Counted from the stretch's first letter, positions 8,477 to 17,876 are shown. The stretch is DNA of 20,000 bases from an uncultured virus (IMG/VR IMGVR_UViG_3300023180_000037) (IMGVR_UViG_3300023180_000037), one strand, 5' to 3'. Made by a program: numbers and translations. The notes: generated by a model not told the origin, from the letters alone.

Positions 8477-9070
8477 ATGAAACCTAGCGAACGACCGCAT
8501 TATGTAAACAACAAGGAGTTCTCCCAAGCAGTTGTAGACTATGTCAAAACTGTAAGGGAAGCAAGAGAGAAAGGTCAAGACGACCCTATCGTAACTGACT
8601 ATATCGCTCGATGCTTCTTAAAGATCTCTGAGGGTTTGTCGCACAAGTCTAACTTTGTTCGCTACACTTATCGCGAAGAGATGGTGATGGACGCCGTAGA
8701 AAACTGTTTGAATGCCATCGGCAACTACAACATCGAAGCAGCAACTCGTAAGGGCAAACCCAATGCGTTTGGATACTTTACTCAAATATGTTGGTTTGCT
8801 TTCATTCGTCGTATCAAAAAAGAGAAGAAGCAACAAGACGTCAAACTAAAGTTTCTTGCTGAATCTGGCATTGAAGAATTTATGATTGATGCCGATGAAG
8901 ATCCGCAAGTAGCAAAAGCAGTTCAATCTTTCGTCGACAACCTTCGTCGCCGTATTGATGACGTCAAGGAAAAAGATAAAGCAGTTAATGATTACAAACA
9001 AAAGAACGTCTCGCATAAGAGAAGGTCTTACTCAGTCGACTCTGATCTTTCTGACTTCCTAGAGGAATAG
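8477..9070 (+). CDS. gp55: Late-transcription sigma factor
   Basis: HYVNNKEF, NFVRYTYREEMVMDAVENC, NAFGYFTQICWFAFIRRIKKEKKQ. Confidence 0.97.
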   Translation: MKPSERPHYVNNKEFSQAVVDYVKTVREAREKGQDDPIVTDYIARCFLKISEGLSHKSNFVRYTYREEMVMDAVENCLNAIGNYNIEAATRKGKPNAFGYFTQICWFAFIRRIKKEKKQQDVKLKFLAESGIEEFMIDADEDPQVAKAVQSFVDNLRRRIDDVKEKDKAVNDYKQKNVSHKRRSYSVDSDLSDFLEE

Positions 9071-9072
9071 TT

Positions 9073-10134
9073 TTGAAGTTTGCCATACTAAACGATACCC
9101 ATTGCGGTATCAGGAACTCTTCAGATATTTTTATTGATTATCAAGAACGCTTCTATAATGAAGTGTTCTTTCCGTATCTAGAAGAAAATGATATCAAGCA
9201 TATCGTACACCTTGGTGATTATTATGAGCACCGTCGCTTTATAAACTTCAAGGCACTTAACAGTAATCGTAAAGTGTTCCTTGAGAGATTGCGTAAAGAT
9301 AAGATTACCATGGATATTATTCCTGGCAATCATGACACATACTACAAGAACACTAACGAACTAAACTCATTAAAAGAACTGCTCGGTCATTACATGAACG
9401 AGGTCAACATTGTTCATCAAGCAAAAGTCTTGGACTATGATGGGTTGAAGTTTGCTTTGGTGCCTTGGATCTGTCAGGATAACGAAGAAGATACAAACGA
9501 GTTTCTTGTAAACTGTAAGGCAGATGTTGTTGCAGGGCACTTTGAGTTGAACGGATTTGATATGCTTCGTGGTGTACCTTGTACTCATGGTATGTCTGCT
9601 GATAACCTACGCAGGTTTGAGTTGGTACTCTCTGGTCATTATCACTGTAAGTCTAACCAAGGCAACATACATTACCTTGGTTCGCAGATGGAGTTTTTCT
9701 GGAATGATGCTCACGATGATAAGTTCTTTCATGTGTTTGATACTGATACTCGTGAACTAACACCTATCCGCAATCCTCTGACTCTATTTCATCGCATCCG
9801 TTATGATGATGAGAACGAGGACTATAATGAAATGGATCTGTCTATCCTTGATAAAAGGTTCGTCAAGGTTGTTGTTATCAACAAGACTGATGGGTTTATG
9901 TTCGATCGTTTCATTGACAGGATTCAGCAACGCGACATCTATGATCTAAAAATCCAAGAAGATTTTAATGAGTTTACTGGTGAATCAGTCAGCGACGAAG
10001 GACTTGAAGTCGAGGATACATCTACTCTATTATCCCAGTATGTTGATAATGTAGAAACTATTTTAGATAAGGATCGGATCAAGAAAGAGATGGGCGAACT
10101 TATGACTGAAGCGCAGACTCTAGAGATATCATGA
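9073..10134 (+). CDS. gp47: Recombination endonuclease subunit (Mre11/SbcD-like)
   Basis: TTG start after GAGG; metallophosphoesterase motifs DTHCG, HLGD, GNHD, GHFE, SGHYH. Confidence 0.96.
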   Translation: MKFAILNDTHCGIRNSSDIFIDYQERFYNEVFFPYLEENDIKHIVHLGDYYEHRRFINFKALNSNRKVFLERLRKDKITMDIIPGNHDTYYKNTNELNSLKELLGHYMNEVNIVHQAKVLDYDGLKFALVPWICQDNEEDTNEFLVNCKADVVAGHFELNGFDMLRGVPCTHGMSADNLRRFELVLSGHYHCKSNQGNIHYLGSQMEFFWNDAHDDKFFHVFDTDTRELTPIRNPLTLFHRIRYDDENEDYNEMDLSILDKRFVKVVVINKTDGFMFDRFIDRIQQRDIYDLKIQEDFNEFTGESVSDEGLEVEDTSTLLSQYVDNVETILDKDRIKKEMGELMTEAQTLEIS

Positions 10135-10373
10135 AGAAACGCCAGATCAAAATAGTTGCACCTGAAGAATGCGGATGGGGTGCGAGGTGTGTATTACATT
10201 GCCGATTGGTAAAGGGAATACAATATGATGTTTTAAATTTTACTTTGAAGGATCTGTCAATGGGAAAAGTCGATAGGAGCAAGGTGGACTTTACTAAAGA
10301 ATTTCCTCAGGTGTATGTGGACGGAAAGTACATCGGAGGGTTTTACGAACTGATAGAGAAGTTCCCTGTATGA
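10131..10373 (+). CDS. Glutaredoxin-like protein with atypical active site
   Basis: C-terminal FPQVYVDGKYIGGFYEL glutaredoxin signature; CGWG where CxxC is expected. Confidence 0.75.
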   Translation: MKKRQIKIVAPEECGWGARCVLHCRLVKGIQYDVLNFTLKDLSMGKVDRSKVDFTKEFPQVYVDGKYIGGFYELIEKFPV

Positions 10374-10969
10374 GACTGCTAGAGATTGGCGCAAAGGTAA
10401 CAAGAAAGGGTTGGGACAATATAGGATTAGAAGCAGGTATCATCCATGACTGTACTTTCCCTATGCCATTTATATCTGACACCTATGACGGTATCTTTTC
10501 TGAACATTTTATAGAACACCTACACAAACACGAAGGTATAAGGCACCTCAAAGATTGTAAACGCATACTGAAACCAGGAGGAACCATTCGTATCGCTTGG
10601 CCAGCATACGACCATATTGAGTGGTTGACTTGTGAAGAAAATGAAGGCAAGTTAAACAACCACCCATATGTAAAGCAATACATGTTTATCTGGAATGACG
10701 AAAGAACTAAACATATCAACTCTTGGGCGGATGACCCAGATCCAAATAAAAGCAAACAAGAGAATGTTGCCCTACATTTGCTAGAACAGAACGGAGAACA
10801 TAAGTATCTCTGGCCAAAACAAGAAATGATACAGACTCTGGAAAATATTGGATTCACTGATGTTAAGGTAGTGAAGTGGGATCGCAGTAGGATCGATGAG
10901 TTTAAAAATATCCAAGAAAATTTCCCAGTAAGATTATTTGAGACCACAACAGTTGAAGCAACAGCATGA
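10370..10969 (+). CDS. Class I SAM-dependent methyltransferase
   Basis: LLEIGA (motif I-like), YDGIFSEHFIEHL, RILKPGGTIRIAWP. Confidence 0.85.
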   Translation: MRLLEIGAKVTRKGWDNIGLEAGIIHDCTFPMPFISDTYDGIFSEHFIEHLHKHEGIRHLKDCKRILKPGGTIRIAWPAYDHIEWLTCEENEGKLNNHPYVKQYMFIWNDERTKHINSWADDPDPNKSKQENVALHLLEQNGEHKYLWPKQEMIQTLENIGFTDVKVVKWDRSRIDEFKNIQENFPVRLFETTTVEATA

Positions 10970-12684
10970 TTAATTTCACAGCAGTAAGATATAAAAACTT
11001 TTTGTCCACAGGTAACAACTGGACAGATATTAAATTAAACAACAGCAAGCATACTCTCGTCATTGGACAGAACGGTTCGGGCAAGTCAACTATGCTTGAT
11101 GCTATCTCGTTTGCCTTGTTCGGTAAGGCACATCGTAATATTAACAAACCACAACTGGTCAACTCGATCAACGATAAGAAGTGTGAGGTAGAAGTCGAGT
11201 TTACTATTGGGTCCAAGAACTATCGAGTGTTTCGTGGATTGAAACCAGGAAAGTTTGAGATCTATGTTGACGGCACCTTATTGAATCAAAACTCACATAA
11301 CAAAGAGTATCAAAAAGTCCTAGAGCAAAACATCTTGAAGTTGACACACAAGACTTTTCATCAGGTCGTGGTGCTTGGTTCTTCTTCCTTCATTCCATTC
11401 ATGCAACTGTCAGCGTTCAATCGTAGGGAAGTGATCGAAGATCTACTTGATATTGGCGTGTTCTCTAAGATGAATGCGTTGCTGAAAGAACGCAACTCAG
11501 TCTTAAAGGAAAAGATTAATCAAGCATATCATGACATTGAGATTAACGAAACTAAGACTGAAGCGCAAAAGAAATACATTCGTGATATTTCTAAACTCAA
11601 TCATGACGCCAAGCAGGAAAAAGAAGAACTCATCCAGCGTTACAAGGATGAGAAAGAAGAACACTTCGCCGCTATCGCTGCCCTAAATGTAAAAGTCCTT
11701 GCTAACAACGAAGGGTTACAGGAAGAAAACTTGGCGGCGACTAACGAGGTTCATGATCTGCGAGAGGCGAACACTGAGATACAAACTAAAATCAAGGCAC
11801 TCGTAAAGGAAACAAAGTTTTATGAAGATCACTCCTCATGTCCCACCTGTGAGCAAGACATCAACGAAGAACTCAAACGAGGGAAACTCGAACAGGCAAA
11901 GAAAACAGCAGCAGAGTTTCAATCACGTCTTACTGAAATCGCAGCGCAAACTGAAAAAGCAACCGAACGATTAAAGGAGTGCCAAGACAGGCAGAGTTTA
12001 AGTTTTGGTTGGGGAACCGAGATACAATCTTTAAATGATCTGATTACTAAATGCGACAGTGAAATACAGATCGCGCAATGGGATCTTGATATTCTCTCTG
12101 ATGACAAATCTGACCTTGCCAAAGCAAACGACGACTATGATACGTTGGTCAAAGAGTATCATGACTTGATGGAGTCAAGAAACAAACTGAATGATCAAGC
12201 AGCATATAACAGCGTGATAGCAGAGATGCTAAAAGATACTGGTATCAAGACCAAGATTGTCAAGCAGTATCTGCCTGTGATAAATAAGTTGGTCAACCAA
12301 TACCTATCTATCCTAGACTTCTATGTTCACTTTGATCTCAACGAAAGTTTCCAAGAAACTATACGATCACGCCACCGTGATTCGTTTACCTATGACTCTT
12401 TCTCCGAGGGAGAGAAGCAACGTATCGACTTGGCACTTCTGTTTACTTGGCGACAGGTTGCTAAGATGAAGAACAGCATCAGCACTAATCTCCTGATTCT
12501 TGATGAGACGTTCGACTCATCGTTAGACGAAGCAGGTATCGAAAACTTGATGAAGATTATTCATACTCTTGGCGACGACACTAACGTGTTTATCATATCA
12601 CACAAGGGTGATATGCTAGAAGGTAAGTTTGATTCTAAGATTGAGTTTGTTAAGGAAAAGAACTTCTCCAAGATAGCAGCATGA
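10966..12684 (+). CDS. gp46: Recombination endonuclease ATPase subunit (Rad50/SbcC-like)
   Basis: YKNFLSTGN, GQNGSGKST Walker A, CPTC zinc hook, FSEGEKQRIDLA signature, LILDE Walker B, IISH. Confidence 0.98.
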   Translation: MINFTAVRYKNFLSTGNNWTDIKLNNSKHTLVIGQNGSGKSTMLDAISFALFGKAHRNINKPQLVNSINDKKCEVEVEFTIGSKNYRVFRGLKPGKFEIYVDGTLLNQNSHNKEYQKVLEQNILKLTHKTFHQVVVLGSSSFIPFMQLSAFNRREVIEDLLDIGVFSKMNALLKERNSVLKEKINQAYHDIEINETKTEAQKKYIRDISKLNHDAKQEKEELIQRYKDEKEEHFAAIAALNVKVLANNEGLQEENLAATNEVHDLREANTEIQTKIKALVKETKFYEDHSSCPTCEQDINEELKRGKLEQAKKTAAEFQSRLTEIAAQTEKATERLKECQDRQSLSFGWGTEIQSLNDLITKCDSEIQIAQWDLDILSDDKSDLAKANDDYDTLVKEYHDLMESRNKLNDQAAYNSVIAEMLKDTGIKTKIVKQYLPVINKLVNQYLSILDFYVHFDLNESFQETIRSRHRDSFTYDSFSEGEKQRIDLALLFTWRQVAKMKNSISTNLLILDETFDSSLDEAGIENLMKIIHTLGDDTNVFIISHKGDMLEGKFDSKIEFVKEKNFSKIAA

Positions 12685-13268
12685 ATGAATTAGTTAAAAT
12701 TGTAAAAGGTTTCATAAGCAAAGAGGAAGCAAAGTTCTATGCTGATCGTATGGAACAAAATCAATTAGGCATGCTGTTTGATGATGGACAATGCGCTTCT
12801 TCTTGGGCAGACTATGGGGCAAATTGGGATTTGTTAGAAGATAGTCTAGAAAAAATGGAAGAACATACTGGATTGAGACTTGGTCCAACTTACGACTATT
12901 GTAGGATATATTCCGTTGGAGAAGTATTGAACCGCCATACTGACAGACCATCTTGTCAAGTCAGTGCCACCGTTTGTTTACGAAACGAAGGTTCTCCTTG
13001 GAAATTTCATTGGTCTCCCAGAAAATCTTCTCAGGAACTAAAGCAAGGATCATACGCTCCTGAGGTAGGAGATGCTATCTTGTATGCTGGTTGCGAAGTG
13101 GAACACTGGAGAGACGCCAATCCAGACGGTATAGTGTACCAAGCATTCATTCATTATGTAGATTTGAACGGCATGCATGCTGATAACGCGGATGAATACA
13201 TGCGCAATGATTACCTGCGTAGAAGGCAAGTAAACCTGACTCTCAGAGAGCAGAGAAAAAACTCTTGA
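12681..13268 (+). CDS. Small 2OG-Fe(II) oxygenase
   Basis: YCRIY...LNRHTDRPSCQVSATVCL (HxD), GDAILYAGCEVEHWR (distal His), QAFIHYV. Confidence 0.88.
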   Translation: MNELVKIVKGFISKEEAKFYADRMEQNQLGMLFDDGQCASSWADYGANWDLLEDSLEKMEEHTGLRLGPTYDYCRIYSVGEVLNRHTDRPSCQVSATVCLRNEGSPWKFHWSPRKSSQELKQGSYAPEVGDAILYAGCEVEHWRDANPDGIVYQAFIHYVDLNGMHADNADEYMRNDYLRRRQVNLTLREQRKNS

Positions 13269-13293
13269 CATTCTGTCAAAACTGTAGTAGAAT
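13265..13293 (+). promoter_or_regulatory. Sigma70-type promoter of the modification cluster
   Basis: TTGACA (13265-13270), 17 nt, TAGAAT (13288-13293). Confidence 0.85.
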
Positions 13294-13300
13294 AGGAACT

Positions 13301-14722
13301 ATGGATAAAATTACTATTGGAAATTACTCGTGGCAAAAGTTCATCGGTGACGAAGGTCAAGATGTATACATTGCTAACTTCATAGAGTCTGAAGACAAAG
13401 TCCTTGGTCAGTTTGTAGACGAGGAACATTATGATATCTTGATTGATGGGGATACAGATCTCTATCTTCCGAGCAACTCATTGACAGACGATACTCTAAA
13501 CGAGGACCGCATTGCGTTTAAGTTCCGCAAGGGTGTATTCACTCAAGAAGAACAGGACGGTGCCCTTGAAGGTTTGTTTGACGCAGCGGTTGAATCTAAC
13601 AATCGTGGTCTAGCAGCTGGTCCTCGAGAAGGTAAGTCGTACAATCGTGAGTGGGTCACTACTTTTCAAAGCAAAGTCTTGGATTGGTACGCCAAAGGTC
13701 AACCAGCAAATGTTGATGGGTCTGACCCTATCCAAGAGTTTGCTCGAAGTACGCTGGGAGCAAATGGAAGAGGCGAGGTTTGGTTGACTACTGCTGTCGA
13801 GAAAGAGTTCGGCACTTATGAAAACTTTTTCCCTGAGTGTATGCGCCGACTCGCCGAATTAACCAAGGGTCTTGGATACAGTCCAGATATTCATGCAGCA
13901 TCCATATATGCCAAACGTATCCGCGAGGAGTGCATCTCTGATACTTCCTACGCCACTGCTATCTGGTCAGGTATCGCTGGGTTCTATGGTCGATACCCAC
14001 GTATCCCGTATGGTCGTGCGACTTCATATGTTGACCACAATCGCGAGAAGTTTGAGAAGTCATATCCGTTCGCTCGTAAACTTGACAAGACTTTTGCCGA
14101 GTTACTACCTGTTCGGTATGGAAGGCAGAAAGTATTTGCCGATAGATTGGACAATCGTTTCTTGATTGGTGAGGATACAACCTTCACTACGATTACAGTG
14201 AACACAACTACCAAAGATCGTAACGCACGTATGGCGTGTCACCGCGACCAAGGTTCGCTCGTCCCAGGATTCTCAAACCTGACCGTGATCAGTGATGGTA
14301 AGCGAAACTGGAAGGGTGGTTATCTTGTTTGCCCAGAGGTTCGCGTTGCTATCAACGTTCGACCAGGAGATCTATTACTCGTCGATAACATGCGAGTGAT
14401 TCATGGTAACACTCCTATCGAGGCACCCGACTCAGGTGAAGATGACTTGATGCGTATGTCGCTGGTTTATTACTTCCGCGAGGATATGGATAAGTTGGGT
14501 TCTTGGGAGTATGAGTCGTATCGTAAACAATACGTTGATGACCGCCGACTCAACAAAGATCATAGGTTATGGCGCGAATACTGGAACGGTGTATCACCTA
14601 ACATGTGGTCAGAGTCAGAGTGGTATGAATACCTTGAGCAGAAGGGTGGTAAGTCTATGGTGATGGAATATCACCCCGAAGCATATCAACAAGCAGGAAC
14701 GCTTGAGGAGTTTTTCGGATGA
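13301..14722 (+). CDS. TET/JBP-family 2OG-Fe(II) dioxygenase (putative DNA 5-methylpyrimidine oxidase)
   Basis: FTTITVN...ACHRDQG (HxD), GGYLVCPEVRVAINVRPGDLLLVD, IHGNTPI (distal His), RMSLVYYFRE (2OG-binding Arg): the motif order of phage TET/JBP enzymes. Start moved to ATG 13301 because TTG 13265 is the -35 box. Confidence 0.82.
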   Translation: MDKITIGNYSWQKFIGDEGQDVYIANFIESEDKVLGQFVDEEHYDILIDGDTDLYLPSNSLTDDTLNEDRIAFKFRKGVFTQEEQDGALEGLFDAAVESNNRGLAAGPREGKSYNREWVTTFQSKVLDWYAKGQPANVDGSDPIQEFARSTLGANGRGEVWLTTAVEKEFGTYENFFPECMRRLAELTKGLGYSPDIHAASIYAKRIREECISDTSYATAIWSGIAGFYGRYPRIPYGRATSYVDHNREKFEKSYPFARKLDKTFAELLPVRYGRQKVFADRLDNRFLIGEDTTFTTITVNTTTKDRNARMACHRDQGSLVPGFSNLTVISDGKRNWKGGYLVCPEVRVAINVRPGDLLLVDNMRVIHGNTPIEAPDSGEDDLMRMSLVYYFREDMDKLGSWEYESYRKQYVDDRRLNKDHRLWREYWNGVSPNMWSESEWYEYLEQKGGKSMVMEYHPEAYQQAGTLEEFFG

Positions 14723-15129
14723 GAGTCGGGTTTACTTGTAGTGCCTTTGATCTGTTACATGCTGGTCATGTGCAGATGCTTCGTGATGCCAAAGACCAAT
14801 GTGATTATTTGATTTGTGGATTGCAGGTAGACCCGACTCTTGACCGTCCTAGCAAGAATCAACCTATTCAAACCGTTGTTGAAAGATACACGCAACTCAA
14901 AGCAGTAAGTTATGTTGATGAGATTATTCCATATTCTACTGAAGCAGACCTAGAAGATATCCTAGCGATGTATCATATCAACGTGCGTATCCTCGGCGAA
15001 GAATATCGGGATAAAGATTTTACTGGTAAGGATATCTGTCGTAAACGCGACATTGATCTACACTTTAATAAACGTGATCACCGATTTAGTTCTAGCGACC
15101 TGAGGAAGCGAGTCTGTGAGAACACCTGA
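14719..15129 (+). CDS. Cytidylyltransferase (TagD / glycerol-3-phosphate cytidylyltransferase-like)
   Basis: AFDLLHAGHV (HxGH), DYLICGLQ, ER...YVDEII, C-terminal RDHRFSSSDLR. Confidence 0.9.
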   Translation: MRVGFTCSAFDLLHAGHVQMLRDAKDQCDYLICGLQVDPTLDRPSKNQPIQTVVERYTQLKAVSYVDEIIPYSTEADLEDILAMYHINVRILGEEYRDKDFTGKDICRKRDIDLHFNKRDHRFSSSDLRKRVCENT

Positions 15130-15883
15130 AGTAGTAATTACTGGTGCTAAAGGTTATATCGGCAAAGTGCTCGCTGAGAAGTTACCTAATGCAACAGCAA
15201 TAGACGTCTCTGAATGGGATATAAAATATCCCAGGATGAATTCTAATCGAACAGTGACCTGCGTTGTTCATTTAGCAGCATTGGTTAGAGTCGGGGAAAG
15301 TGTTCGCGACCCTTTAAAGTATTATAGTACCAATGTGGGCGGCACTATAAACGTGATGAGAGCATTTCCAAATGCTAAAATGGTTTTTGCTTCTACTGGT
15401 GCTGCCTTTCATCCTGACTCACCTTATGGTCACTCTAAGGTTATGTGCGAGCAGATTATCAAGGATACATGCAAAGAGTATACCATCTTTCGCTTCTACA
15501 ACGTAGGAGGTGGGTCGCCGACTAACCCAGAAGGATTACCATTGGGAATCGAGAAGGCGAAAAAGACTGGTACGTTTACAGTCTACGGTGATGACTATGA
15601 CACGAAAGATGGAACTTGCGTTCGTGACTACATACATGTTGATGATATTACTGATGCGTTGGTCCGAGCGGTAAGAGAACCAGCATCCATGACTGACTAT
15701 GAACCATTGGGTTCAGGAAAGTCACATACAGTAAAAGAGTATCTCGAAACGTATCAAGAAAAATATGGAAAGCAGTTTGACATAGTGTATGGCGATCGTA
15801 GACCAGGAGACTTGCCTGTATCAGAGGTGCCGTTTGTTTCTGAGTTTATGACGCCCAAGAAAACTTTGGAAGATATAGTATGA
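15116..15883 (+). CDS. NAD-dependent nucleotide-sugar epimerase (short GalE-like)
   Basis: GTG start; ITGAKGYIG (GxxGxxG), HLAA, FAST, YGHSK (YxxxK), FRFYNV, DGTCVRDYIHV, RRPGD. Confidence 0.9.
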   Translation: MRTPEVVITGAKGYIGKVLAEKLPNATAIDVSEWDIKYPRMNSNRTVTCVVHLAALVRVGESVRDPLKYYSTNVGGTINVMRAFPNAKMVFASTGAAFHPDSPYGHSKVMCEQIIKDTCKEYTIFRFYNVGGGSPTNPEGLPLGIEKAKKTGTFTVYGDDYDTKDGTCVRDYIHVDDITDALVRAVREPASMTDYEPLGSGKSHTVKEYLETYQEKYGKQFDIVYGDRRPGDLPVSEVPFVSEFMTPKKTLEDIV

Positions 15884-16863
15884 CCGCCATCATTGGTGGG
15901 AAATACAAATCTCATCCTAACTCAAACGGTGGAGCAGAACAACTAGCACAGAAACTGGTGGAAGTTGTAGACCAAGACTTGCTCAAACATTTCAATATAG
16001 TGTGTTCGCCGAACTCACCTGCGCAGAATTGGTTACATTCTGATAAGATTAGAATTTACTGGTGTCATAATCCGCTACAGTTTAGCAAGATGCACATGGA
16101 AGATTACCATAGATACGTTTTTATGAGTCATTACCATCTAAACAAAGTTGCTAAGAAACGCAAGATACCTTCAGAAAAAATAAAGGTGATATTAAATGCC
16201 ATAGAACCAATTAGATCTTTTACCCCCAAACCTTCTGTACAGGAGGGTATTCGATTTATACATCATGTGCATCCTAGGAAAGCATTACACGTTTTACTTC
16301 CTGCCTTTGATAAGTTGACGAAAAAATATGACAACGTCCACTTAGAAGTTTATGGTACGGTTGATCTGTATGGGTGGAAAGAAGATGAACAAGAGTTCAA
16401 AGAAGTTTTTGATATCATAGATAACAACCCAAGGATAATTAATCGCGGGACGGTAGAAAGAGACCTGTTAGAAGTAGCACTGAATGATTCGCATGTATTT
16501 GTTCATCCCGCCAATGAGATAGAGTTGTCGTGCCTAAGTCTTATGGAGGCAATGAGTGCAGGTTGTGTATGTCTACACTCTAACAACGGGGCGATGTATG
16601 AAACTGCTGCTAATTGGACACAAATGTATCAGTATACTGAAAATGAAGAACTACACATAGATCGTTTGTATAACGAGATGATAAAAGTGGTTGACAACAT
16701 AGAAGAATTATTATATACTACTAATGACGCGAGCGAGTATGTAAATCGGTTTTATAATTGGGAAGCAAGAGCAGTAGATTGGAACACTTTCCTAGAAGAT
16801 ACTCTTAATGAAATTAAAGACACTAGCATCAGGAGAGGTGTTAAGAAATGGCAAAGATCTTAG
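15880..16863 (+). CDS. GT-B glycosyltransferase (GT4-like)
   Basis: GGAE N-terminal loop, KIKVILNAIE, HPRKAL, ELSCLSLMEAMSAGC (Ex7E motif), YNWE. Confidence 0.88.
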   Translation: MTAIIGGKYKSHPNSNGGAEQLAQKLVEVVDQDLLKHFNIVCSPNSPAQNWLHSDKIRIYWCHNPLQFSKMHMEDYHRYVFMSHYHLNKVAKKRKIPSEKIKVILNAIEPIRSFTPKPSVQEGIRFIHHVHPRKALHVLLPAFDKLTKKYDNVHLEVYGTVDLYGWKEDEQEFKEVFDIIDNNPRIINRGTVERDLLEVALNDSHVFVHPANEIELSCLSLMEAMSAGCVCLHSNNGAMYETAANWTQMYQYTENEELHIDRLYNEMIKVVDNIEELLYTTNDASEYVNRFYNWEARAVDWNTFLEDTLNEIKDTSIRRGVKKWQRS

Positions 16864-17876
16864 TAACAGGGTTCACTCGAGCAGCGTGTACTCCTGACTT
16901 TCACAAGTCGTCGCAGATTGGACTCTGTACTGCTCACTACAGTTTCGTCAAGTGCTTAGAAGATCTAGGTTGGGAAGTCGAGCAAAGACCTGTTACCGCT
17001 GGTGAAAACTTGGGGCACTATGACAAGGTTGTGGTGTTCATGATGCACATTTCACCATACAACACATACATGTATGGTGCCCTCTGGACTTTGAGTCAAC
17101 GACCCGATGCATATCTTGCGATTGAAGACTGGCAGTCGCCGAAGAACATTAATACTTGGCGCGGCAATGTTGATAAGATTTTTGATTCAATCACTAACGA
17201 TTACTACATCAACAATGTTGTTGCCGAGAAGGAACTTCGCGAGGAGTGGAAACCATACTTAAAGCAAGGGTTGAAGAACATCACCAAGGGTGATCGCCCT
17301 GTGACCCTGCCTGCGCATCTTGGTGGTGACTTCAAGATGCTGTTCCCTCACTGGGATCAGGATAAGATTCATTCGTGGTTTGCTCCCGCCTACACCTTAC
17401 ATCGTCAAGCACCTGTCACCTTGTTCGAGGAACCAAAGCAGAAGGTGTTTAACTTTGCAGGGTTGATTCAAAGCGAGACCGAGAAGTGGTTTAACAAGGT
17501 CACTGAAGGTGTGACTTGGGACATCAAGCAATATGGTTCCGCGAAGAAGAAGCAGGTCAGGTTATCCGAAGAAGATATGGTTGCGGTGTTCAATGATCAG
17601 TGGGGTATCCTCATGGCGGGATACTGGCATGCTGGATCGGGTTGGTGGCGAGCAAGACCTCAACAGGTTGCTGACGTTGGTTCGATTCTTATCTGCGAAG
17701 ATAAGGAAGGAGCAGTGTTCGGCGAACCTTATGTTGGATTGACTTGCGCAAAGATAGAGTCGATGACTGATGCTGAGTTGACTAAACTTGCTAAAGATCA
17801 GAAAGAAGCATACTATGAATCGCAACCTATGAACAAAGAAATCACCAAGGAACAGATAGAGGAATATCTATCATGA
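16848..17876 (+). CDS. Putative divergent GT-B glycosyltransferase (candidate DNA-base glycosyltransferase)
   Basis: N-terminal KILVTG strand, LEDLGWEVEQ...YDKVVVF, C-terminal FNFAGL...YGS...GWWRARPQQVADVGSILI resembling a GT-B nucleotide-sugar-binding lobe; supported by context. Family not firmly recognised. Confidence 0.5.
   Translation: MAKILVTGFTRAACTPDFHKSSQIGLCTAHYSFVKCLEDLGWEVEQRPVTAGENLGHYDKVVVFMMHISPYNTYMYGALWTLSQRPDAYLAIEDWQSPKNINTWRGNVDKIFDSITNDYYINNVVAEKELREEWKPYLKQGLKNITKGDRPVTLPAHLGGDFKMLFPHWDQDKIHSWFAPAYTLHRQAPVTLFEEPKQKVFNFAGLIQSETEKWFNKVTEGVTWDIKQYGSAKKKQVRLSEEDMVAVFNDQWGILMAGYWHAGSGWWRARPQQVADVGSILICEDKEGAVFGEPYVGLTCAKIESMTDAELTKLAKDQKEAYYESQPMNKEITKEQIEEYLS

Noticed and set aside
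13265..13300. TTG start and N-terminal MTFCQNCS (apparent CxxC) of the TET ORF
   Set aside because: This stretch is the -35/-10 promoter; ATG 13301 is the more plausible start
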